Origin: Harriotta raleighana | Lineage: Eukaryota | Length of the DNA: 64,000 bases | NCBI GenBank assembly: GCA_050575255.1 | Contig: JBNZDD010013633.1 | Location: 1,821,706-1,885,705 of the forward strand | Direction: 5' to 3' | Shown: piece by piece, positions 25,656-36,300 of the stretch | How positions within the stretch are numbered: position 1 is the stretch's first letter | Layout: the number at the start of each line of letters is the position of its first letter | The notes under the pieces: generated by a model | What the model was told of the DNA's origin: nothing | The model's database searches: none | The model's input: the letters and a program-made list of their open reading frames with translations, nothing else | Program-made: the position numbers and the translations under genes

Positions 25656-27380
25656 AGGTGGAAAAGTAGTGATTCCTTGTGTGCACCAGGTAACACACCT
25701 CTGTAAGCTATTGAGTAATTTAGGGATTCATGGTGAAACGTCCCAAGGATGTGACTGAGAAAACCCTTGCACTGATTAATGAACTGTACTTTCAATATCA
25801 ATGCATTGGGAGCATATCCTGAGTGAATGGGCTATCTGCTCGTTAAAGATTTTTATATCTGTTGGGCCATCAGTGACTTGCACACGAACAGGTAAACTCT
25901 AGATTGGTGTTGGCTCTTATGCTGTTTGTTTGTTGAGGAGGTCGGGGCGAGGGGTGATGTACATTTATGTATTTCACTGAGGAGGACAGTGCGCTGAGGA
26001 GGCTTAGCTTCCGCTTGGAACATGTTAAGCCACAACAAATGTCACATTCTCGTGTCGAAATGAATTGGAAGCAGGAAAGGCACGATTCCAAGCGAGTTCA
26101 AGTGAAACCCAGAGCCCCGGCGACTGCTCCGCCCTCCCCATTCCCACTGACCAGCAAAGTGGCCTGGAGTACCTGCCGACCCGCGCCTGGCTCGGGAACC
26201 CGACCCACCGATCCCGAAACACACCTTGAAGCCGACTGAATTGTGCACAACGGGAGAAATCCTAAAGCCACAGAGCATCACTTGACGTCAGGAATGATTA
26301 TCCGTGTCAGGAACGACGTCGAGTGAAGCGCACAATCCATTCGCTCGGGATCTGCTGATTTGAGAGTCAATGACTGCTCGTCGGGTTATGATTCTACCTG
26401 CTCAGACACAGCTGCCTCATTTCCAAGTTTAAGGGCTTCAAATCGATTTAGCCCCGCAATTCCTTATTGCGGAACCAAACCGAAAGTCATTCGGGAATAG
26501 CAATTGCTTTACACGGTGCAAATCCACTGACGGAATACAGGTATTTAGCAGTGAATTCCGAAAGGAAGGGCAGCTGTGTCTCAGGTCTTTCCCAACCTCA
26601 AAGTCGTCATTGTATTTACACTTGGGTTTTTACTTGTGTCACAAAAAACACTCACTTGTATGCAAACAGCAAAGAGCAAACGCGGTGAAGCTCACCCCCG
26701 ATATACTTGGTGGATTGGGAGGGAAGATGGGGAGTTGTCAGCAACTTTATGTATCATTTCCACCTCGAGTCTTTTCTGTAAAGAAATCCTTTCTGGGTTT
26801 TTTTTTCCCCCGCCTCATTCCATTTTTCTGTTTCCTTCATGTTTATCGCGATGAATTCCTTTCTTTCCAAAACACTGCACTCGGGTCCGAACTGTGTCGG
26901 GCTATATAATGCAGCCGAAAGTTCCTGCTGAATTGCTTAAACCAGGAGCTTTCTCGATCGCAGAGTTTCGGTGAAGCTGCGACCTTCAATGATGCTTGTG
27001 TGGTCCACAGTCGGAATGCTCCACATTGGGACCAATGGTGGGAAACACACATGGGAACATAGGGAGCTTTCCCCCCTTTCTAACCAGTGGTGGGTGGAGG
27101 GGGGGGGAGATGGACAGACAGAAAATATTACTGATCAAGGTTATTCCCAAAACACAAACCTCCTTTTCCCCTCAAAGGCTAGTTGACATGCTATGGGCAT
27201 TCACCCCATTTGCAGTTTTTCTGTCGTAGTTTTTTCAAGGAGTGAGTTGGACTGAGTTGAACATGATAGACTCCCCCATGCAAGCTGCCCTCGAGTTGCA
27301 CGTTTCAGTTTCTTCCACTCATTGCCTCAGTTGGCTGGAATACCGGCCTCCTCTGTAACGTCTGCGCATATGTAACGTCC

Positions 27381-27716
27381 CGCGTTTAGTTTGAAGCACT
27401 CACCTCGCAAGCGAGAGACCCGGGTTCGATTCCCGACAGGGCGAAACTGTGGGCAAGTTTCCTTCCTCCACATGTAAGCAGTAAGCAGGACGATTGCCCG
27501 ATCGCTTTTCCGAGGGGGTAATAATTGCTTCAAAAACAAGTATAAGAATCAATTGGTTAATCAACACATGACTGTTTGTGGGACACTGCTGTGTGCAAAT
27601 GGCCGCCCATAAAGATATACAGTCAATTCACTTCACAGTATATTCTGTGATTATCTTAGAAACATCTCGAAGACGTGATCAAGTGTTATATCAAATGCAA
27701 GGAGTGTTATTATTAT
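27381..27716 (+). mobile_element. tRNA-derived SINE (long variant), B box intact
   Basis: AGCACTCACCTCGCAAGCGAGAGACCCGGGTTCGATTCCCGACAGGGCGAAAC, GGGCAAGTTTCCTTCCTCCAC, 3' block and tail. Confidence 0.9.
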
Positions 27717-30629
27717 CGTCCCCGCTGTTGTGGATTGTCTCAGATCATTTCCAACCTAAAATATTTGAAACTTTCTGGTGTATTAAAGGGAAGTGTGACT
27801 GAAAGATGAATATCTAGTCCAGAAAAGACAGTCCCAGGATACACTTTGCAATTATCTTGTTGAGAGATTCCCATCAAAAAGACGATGAAAGGGAAAGTGA
27901 TACAAGATGTTAAATCCAGAACAGTGGCTAGGGAAGGCAAACATCCATTAGAAACACTCTCAAAATGTTAGTTGGTAGCACAGTTTTTCTTAATACAATT
28001 ATTTAAACCCTTTCAGCTACAGTTCCCAACATTTTCTTTTTTTTAAAAAAATTATACACCCAAGTGGAAAACCTACCAGTGCAGAATACCGATTCCTAAG
28101 TAGAACTTTTCTAACATTTTATGAGCTTTACGATTCAATGAAATGTCATTTTAGCTTCCTGAGAGTCAGGAAAATAAAGTTAGAAGCTACAGTTTGGTTG
28201 AAGAGCATCATTAATGAATTCTACATAACGTGTTAAATGTTTAAACTGGTATGAACGAATGCGTTGACAATCCAGCTCACGTTAATACTGGGTTCGCTTC
28301 CAAGCTGCTCTTGTTGAACATTTGCTGATATGAATCGTACATAAAACGCACCGAGTCTTCATTCTCTTTAATCTCTCGTCATTTAGAGATTCCGTGTGTC
28401 TGTAGTGTTGCTGAATCTAAAATTAAAAAGTACAGTAAATAAAACAAAAGGGAAAATAGAATGCCATTGTGTCTTTCAGATCATTTCTTTGGATTTGCAA
28501 TATCTTAATGGACTGTGGGAAAGGTTGACATGTAACTTTATATCTCTTAAAACAGTGATTTTAAGACTTAAAACAGAAAATCAGCAGAAACTCAGTACAT
28601 TAAAAAAGAACTCGGAGCATGGTATAGACGCCCAATAAGCAAAATAAACATTTGGTTTGCAGTTATCCTGAATCTATCAATAAGTCGTCGAAAATGTCAG
28701 ATTTCTTGTGTTTTTGAAAATTCCCCTCTTCCAAGCAAAGTTCCGGCTCAAACATTATTTTCCAATAATAATGTAATCCACTGCTGTACATAGCTGCTAC
28801 CTTATCTAAAACGCATCTGTAATTGTTAAGATCGTTTTACAAATGTTTTCGTTGCAAAAATCCGTGTGGAACACACGAACAGATAGCGGGGCAGGTGGAG
28901 TTCTCTGTTTTTCTATGCAGATCTGACAGTTGTTTGTCAGATTAGCTCTATCGCTACCTGACTACAGAGACACAAAGTGGCAGAATATGACATGACTGTC
29001 AGAGCCAGCTGACTGACTGACAGATGCAACCCACAGTGTTCTCAGAGCCAGGGCATGGGGCTGAAAACCAGCTCAGCCAACACACTACCTGTCACAATAC
29101 CAGAGCTTAACCCATTCCTTTTCTAAGAGGAATTGTTTAATACATTGAATCAAGCACGTATATTCTCTTGTCATGGGGGAGGGGGCTGAGGGGGGGGGTG
29201 GGGGGTGGGCGGGCAGTGTGGAAAATCATAAATTAAATTAGTTAAGTATTGGCTGCTTTGCAGATAACTGTAATTGGGACTCTTACCTTATTGAAATATT
29301 AGTAGGTATTATTAAACTGTTGAAATACAGTTTGTCGTTCATTGGAAACAATTTTTTTTAAGAAAGAGTGCTTTTGGATAAGCCTATACTCCTGTCTACT
29401 TCCTATGGGAGTTCACAATCACGAGAATTATGCTTTGATATTTAGCTATGATCATACCATTTAAAAATATTGTGAAACTGAAGAATGAACAAACATAGTT
29501 TGATGAACTTTTATATTTGTAAAGTATGAGTATATCAATATATACGACTTATGTATTAGTTATACCATTCATAAGAAAGGTAGCATCAATATCAAATACC
29601 CCAATACATCTATTAATACAGCGTCGAATATACAAGATAATAATATTTGTATTTGGTATATCAAATGCCATATCAGGTTATCAAAACGTCCCAAAGCGCT
29701 TCACGTGATTTGCTATCAACTCGCTGCTCTGTCTATATTACAGGCAAATAGAAAGGATGATTTTGACAGTAATTGAATGTTGGATGTGAGAAGTATGCAT
29801 CAGCATCTATTTGATTTATTTAAATTTAATGTTTTCTTTGCCTTCCTCAAGATGTTTTTGAGCAGCATTGAATGTGTTTCGTGACGATAAAATTGTTGTT
29901 TGTTTACCAAGTTAGGTCAAGTTAGGGGCAATTTCCCCATATACATATATTTCATGGAAAATTGAAATAAACTAAAAATGCCGGCTTGTTTCCAGTTCAT
30001 TTTCAGTCGGGTGGTTAAGAAAAATAGAAAGCTTTCTTTGTTTAAATGTCCAACAGCTCGCTATTAGATTTTGCTATAGCTTTCATTTACTTTATGCTTT
30101 ATGGATGTCACCATTCAAAAAGTATATGGTGCGTAAAGACAGTATCTCCATATATCAGTTCAAAATAAAATGCTAAGTGGAAATGTAAATTCCGGATAAT
30201 AGCCCTTCTGAGGCAAGGCGCTCTTTCCCCCTGTCCATTCAAGTTGTTCTTGACACAAGTCAAATGTAATTACAATCCACAGCAATCATGTCAGGGCAGT
30301 TCCATGTTGTGGCAGTGTCATGTGAATAATCTATACACAACCGAGCAAGGACCAGTCTCAGATGATGTATTATGTTCCATGACGTTATGTGGTACAGAGC
30401 ACTCCTACATCCAGAGTCTCATCTCAGCCCAAAGTGTCTGATCATACCCTTACCCTTAGTTTATGGGGTTAATGAAGGGGTTAGTCTATCATTAGCTAGA
30501 GTTACATGGGCATGGTTACATTTGTTTTAACTACTGCCTGAAAATTGATGCAGACACAAGTGTTGTTGTGGTCTGAGTGCAGGATTTGACTAATCACTGG
30601 ATGTGTTAACTGACAAGATTGCAATATGG

Positions 30630-30683
30630 AACTTGCATTCTTATAGTCCCTTATCGTGTCGAAATGTTCCAGAGGACTTCACT
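30630..30683 (-). mobile_element. Degraded SINE/L2 3' tail fragment
   Basis: ACTTGCATTCTTATAG...TTATCGTGTCGAAATGTTCCAGAGGACTTCAC. Confidence 0.45.
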
Positions 30684-31084
30684 AAGTAATTGCCACCAAG
30701 ACTGTTGAAAAGACATATTGTTTCAATGTCCAGAATGCCCTGTGTCGCTAAAGCTTCAGATTAAAAAGTAATATGGTGTATTGACAAGAGCTCTTTGAAG
30801 GTTTATCAATTTATCAATTAACATTTAATTAGCTATTGGTTTCAATGGAGTATTGTAAACTGTAATTTCAATTATCCTTTGGCTATATGAAAAGTTACAT
30901 TATATAATATATATATAGATACATAAATATGTACTAGCTGTACTGATTACAGCTTCGCTTGTAACCAAAGGATCAAATATGCAATGTAGATTGAAATACA
31001 GACAGACATTTTGTCTTGATCTATACTTAGCTGGGAAGAATCCTGCAGGAGAACTTAGTGAGAGGACTTCTTTAATATATTTTT

Positions 31085-31365
31085 TCTCACATTCTCTCAG
31101 TCTTTCGGTCTGAACGTCTCTCTCATAATCTCTGCCTGTCTCTATCTCTCTTAGATTCACTGTTTTTCTCTCTCTCTCGGGCTCTCCCAGTGACTCTCTC
31201 AGTCTCCCTTTATCTTGCAGTCTTTCTCTGTTTCTCCCACAAAGCACTCAGTCACTGTACTTTATGATACATTCTCCCACAGTAGCTCTCTCTCTCAGTA
31301 GCTCTCACTATCTCAGTGTCTCACTCTCTCACTAACTCAGTTTCTCTCTCAGCCTCTCTCTGTCC
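31085..31365. repeat. Degenerate (CT)n-rich low-complexity tract
   Basis: Interrupted CTCTCT/CTCAG units. Confidence 0.8.
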
Positions 31366-31663
31366 CACATGGGCAGACTCTAGCTCCCATGACAACCAGA
31401 AAAACGCGCCATAAGTTCGTTGCAGAATCTAGATTTATTTATCTGAACAGAGTGTGCTTTCCTCTGTCACTACATAGTTGCAGAATACGATACCGACCTC
31501 ATATGTTGGGTCTTAATTAAAGCAGGTTTTAAGATAGCTCATAGATGATAGAAGCCCCCCACCCCACCCACCCTCACCCACACACGAAAACAATTTTTTA
31601 AAAGTCCTTACCGATTAGATATAAATGATGTCTCTACAGCAATCGGTTATTACGTGATTATCC

Positions 31664-31686
31664 GATAGATAGATAGATAGATAGAC

Positions 31687-31717
<31 letters not shown>

Positions 31718-31748
31718 AGAGACAGACAGACAAGGAATATAGACAGAC
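31664..31748. repeat. Compound (GATA)n/(GACA)n microsatellite
   Basis: Seen directly. Confidence 0.95.
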
Positions 31749-31929
31749 GTCTTTATTAGTATGGATACATAAGGAAATGTCAGCGAGAGCACGTTGCGTT
31801 GGATCTAAACAAACACACACAAAAAAAAAGCGTTTTCATGTCTGTGATGCTTTTGAGTAAATTTTGTGTCAAGTTGAATCCTGCTCCAAAGCCAACAAAG
31901 GCTTGCGACTGTATCTTCATTTATAAAAC

Positions 31930-32290
31930 TAGAGAACAAAATTAAGCCGAACAATAAAGTGGAGAAGGCTTATTGATGTGTCGGTGTGCGTCAGCTGTTG
32001 GAATATTGATATTTAGGAGGCTTGGAGCTGATGGAAGAGGATGAGAAGAGCCAGGACTCCTCCTCCTCGCTTAAAGCGTCGCAGCTGCTCTCAAACCAAC
32101 TGTTCGGTTCTATTCAATGTCGAGTGGGAACAAAAATGGCTATTTATTAGAATACTTGTTTTTTTTTATTGTTCTCCGCCACACAAAAGACGTTTCATTG
32201 TGTTGCGAAGGAGACCCCTTTGCAAAGAGAAACAATAACTTTGAAATTGTCTTGAAAGTCTTTCTATCAATAATAAATTTCATTTGATTT
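31930..32290. promoter_or_regulatory. Candidate SOX-motif-rich enhancer / conserved noncoding element
   Basis: AACAAT 31950 and 32231, ATTGTT 32168, paired ACACAAAAG...CATTGTGT 32181-32203, ATTGT 32246. Confidence 0.4.
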
Positions 32291-33007
32291 TCTCCTATTC
32301 AGTGTGTGTTGAGTGGGGTTTGGTGAGGCTGCCTCCTATACAGTCGCTAGATATGTCGTTGTTTGTGCCCAGGCTTTTTTTTTTGCAGGTTTTCCTGATA
32401 AGTTCGCAAACACAGTCGTTTCCAGACTGATTTAGATTTAAAAGGAAATTTCTGAAATGCGGATTTCGGGAACAAAGTATCAATCTCAGACTACATGGTC
32501 TGCTAAAAGGGATACAGAGACAGATCGCATTATCAGTGTAAGTCCAACTTCAAACGGGTCTAACCCGTCCGTCTATGCTCCTTTATATTGATAATGTATG
32601 GAACACTTTTCCGTAGATTTTAAATGGCGTGTTCCAGTGTTAATGTTGTTCGAGCTAACGTGAACTGTATTGATCTTCAATCGAATTGGAAACATTAGAG
32701 AAATACACTGAAATTGTAGCTGGTGTATATAACTACATTAACTCTTAACACATGCAATGCGCTGTGATGTCCTTTTATTTATTCTCGGTTGAAGTACAAT
32801 AATGTATCAGTGAGGGATGCAGTTATTATGTCGGTACTGTTGTCAGAAGTTTGTTTTTTGCTGTCGTGTTTACATGCAAGATGGATTGACATATACCGGA
32901 GATTTACTAAACACCTTTGCTTTGCAGTTTAAAAACGTGCTCAGACCTTATAAATCGATGAAATTCAAACGGTGTGACAATGCACACGGTTGCTTGTTGA
33001 TGAGTAT

Positions 33008-33319
33008 TCTCTCTCCACTCCCCCTCTCCCTGTCTCCCCCTCTCGCTGTCTCCCCCTCTCCATCTCTCCCCCTTTTCTCTCTCCCTCTCTCTCTCCCTCT
33101 CTCTCTCTCTCCCCCTCTCAGCATGATGGATTACATTTCATGTTCAGATTAAAAGTGCATTTGTCCTGAAGTTTTACTGGAGTATTTCCATTGTCCAATT
33201 GAAAGGATTTGGGTTCATTTAAAGTTTGGAAAATGTCCCCNACAGAGAGAGAGACAGAGACACAGAGAGAGAGACACACACCCCCTCCCCCCCCCCCCCC
33301 CCCAAGTCCCCCCACCCCC
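33008..33319. repeat. CT-rich tract (33008-33120), (GA)/(CA) and poly-C tract (33242-33319)
   Basis: Seen directly. Confidence 0.85.
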
Positions 33320-36300
33320 ATTTTAATGGGTAAACAGTCTCCCAGTGTTTATTCACACAAAGCATCGTGTGGTGCTATTTTCCAATGAATACACTGGGAG
33401 AATCGAGATTTGAAGGTCATCTCACGTTTAACTAATGTTTGATGCAAAACAGATCCAGGCTGAAAGCTGGGTAACCGGATAGTTGTTTTTTAATCTAGTA
33501 CTAATAATGTTCATAAACTCGGTTCATGGATAACCCCACAGTGGGCACTAGTGTTCTCTGAATATATCGCGACCCTGTTATGTTACTGCGCGGGAAGTCG
33601 AGACTTTTTGATCAATCAATATCACGGAAGTAAAATGCTCTTCATCAACAGCCAGACATACTGCGGGAGAAGAACAGAAATATTTAGCTTCGCACCCTTG
33701 CCGCTATCTGTTTTCCGCCACTCCAGTGTTTGTCTTTACATAGAAAGTGTTGAATTCCCTGCAACTCAGCTTCAATGTGTTGTGATTCAACAGGGCGGAA
33801 AAGCGAGGGCGGGCGGCTGCCAAAGTATCGATGAAACGATATTGCGTTTGACTGGTTTTCTTATCAGAACAGGTGTTTTAACACGATAGCTGCTCCAGTC
33901 AATTAACCCATTAAAACCCAGTTTTATTGCATCGATTCTTTTACGGAATAGGCTACATGGAGAGCGACAAATAAGACAAAGAACCAGATACCAACCCCCT
34001 TGCAAGCATCATCCCAGTGCAGCTGATGCGCCTCAAAAGGCAAGACAGCAATGCACAGATCTGAGCTGTTATAGCGAGGACATTAAAAATCCACGCCATT
34101 CCGGTGTACTTTGTGACAGCTTGGGTGAATTTGGAATATAATAGGAGAGTAAACATCCTCTATACAAGCCAAATCGTGCATACATTTGGGCTATGATTAA
34201 CAGGTACACTGGGGTCGAGGTTGCAAATTCTGACCGCCCGGTGCCTGGCTCACATGGTGACAAGTGTTGAACACCTGTCAGCACCGCACAATGCAGTATT
34301 GACACGGACAATATTGCCTCGTTGTAACTTGCTTTAAAATAGTTGTTCAAAAACTGTTGATTATAGAGGCTTCTCGCCGGGTTTCACTCCACAAAGTTCC
34401 GTCCATCTATTTTTGGGGGGGAAAACGACAATCCTCGCCACCTTCGTGTTCCTGATAACTTTGATTTTTATTCCCAGCCCCTGTCGTGAGTCGAGCTGTG
34501 ATGCAAATCCGTCACAGCTCGGATTTGTTGTACGCGGAATGTAACCTCCGAATAACCTGTATTGCATTTTATGTTTTTAAATAAAAAAATAAAACAAAAT
34601 TGGCCTCCAATGCATTTTTCTTGAAATGTCCTTGCGATGGAAGAGAGTTCTTTGCTACTTTTTTTTTTCCGCCTAAAATCATTCAGTAACTTTTTGTGCG
34701 ATTGCACAAAACCCGCTGGTCTTTTTTTTCTCTGACGGGTTTGACGCTATAAGCGAGCTTTCGCGCTGCGTTTGATATGGATTTTCAGAAATAGGCGGGG
34801 GATTTACCAGATGCACAAGAGCGAGCAATGTGAAACCAAAACATCATCGTGAAACCAATGATTCAGAATGTCAGTGAATGAATGAACAGAGTGTGTCGTG
34901 AACATTTCCATCGGTTTCACAGGAAATAGGAGATTATACCCGAGATAACGCTATACTGTGACTGTTCATTGGCATAATGATTATTGTGGCACACGGAGAC
35001 ACACTTAAAAAGTTGGGTATCCATTGAGATGCAGTGAACGTTTCATTGATTTAATTGCTGAGGCATATTTTGTCTTGTATGTCAATACAGTACACAACTG
35101 TTAAGTGAAAGGTTCGTAGGAATAGAATAGAAGAGTGAACAGCTTTGTAATAAATAAATTGTACGTGCCACGATTACGTTAACCGGCTTAATAAGAAATA
35201 GCTTACATTTCACTTTAAAAGTACATGGATATTGTTTTGGATACCCCCGTCCGGCCAAATAAATGTACATATTATCCGATGTGAAGGTATACTCTGATTA
35301 ACAGGAGTATGACTTACAACCGTGCTCTCCCAGTTCATGAGGATGATTGTCAACATCAACTGTGATGTGATTTCATTCATTTTGGAGCTGTTATGCACAC
35401 GTCCAACCATCCTGCAAGCGATGTGATGGAGGAGGGGGCGGGACATCGCATCCAGTGAAGGTCGATTTCAAACTCAGTAAACGCATTTCGCAATACGCGG
35501 TCCAAGAATGACCGTACAGTATTGGGAGCATTAATTGTTGAAGTGGTTTTAATAGAGGAAGTAAACAGTCCCATTCCATGGTAGCTGAACGCCAATACTA
35601 GGACAGACTCGGCGTTCAGCATTTCCCCACAAAGGATGTACCTATGGAACCAAACCAAAGTGCTCATACATTCATTTTATTTGAATAATTAATGACCTAT
35701 CTGTATTCCCCCCCCCTCCCCTCCGCTATCGATATATAAGAATATAATACATTCATGAAGTATTCTATACTTTCTACATTGGTTTCGATTGCCTGTAACC
35801 CAACGTTAAGAGCCAACTCTGGCAATTGAAGCTTTAGTAACCAGATGACAAGCCTAAAATTATCCAGTTAGCTGGTAACCACTAGTCTTTTTCAAGAATA
35901 TATATTTTTTCAAGAAGATTGATTTGACGAGCCCTGCTCGAGGCAATGTTGTCGGATTTTGAATTCATGCCTGTGTGTTATGCCTCCTGTGCATCCTGTT
36001 GTCATCGTTTTATGTTCGCCTCAGCATTCGCATTAACCATTGCAAACGTGTCAAAGAATTCGGAACAGCTGCAAATTCTGTATAAAATCGAATTAACAGC
36101 GGTCGTGTGAACTGGTCAAGCGTTTTAGTGACAGAATTCAAAACGACAGGAGTAAAGGAACGAATGCTGCCTGTGGTGTAATTTCAGAGAAACAAATTGA
36201 TGAAAGGGTACTTTTTAAAGAGAGAGCAATACAGTATTGGCTGCCCTATCCACATGTCATGTTTACGTTGTTTGAAGTACGGCTAATTTATTTTCCATAA

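Noticed and set aside
30900-31247. 115-aa R/E-rich ORF
   Set aside because: Translation of a (GA)n-rich low-complexity tract.
34278-34312. Split RE1-like halves TCAGCACC ... GGACA
   Set aside because: A spacer of about 20 nt is too long for canonical or usual non-canonical RE1, and the right half is incomplete.
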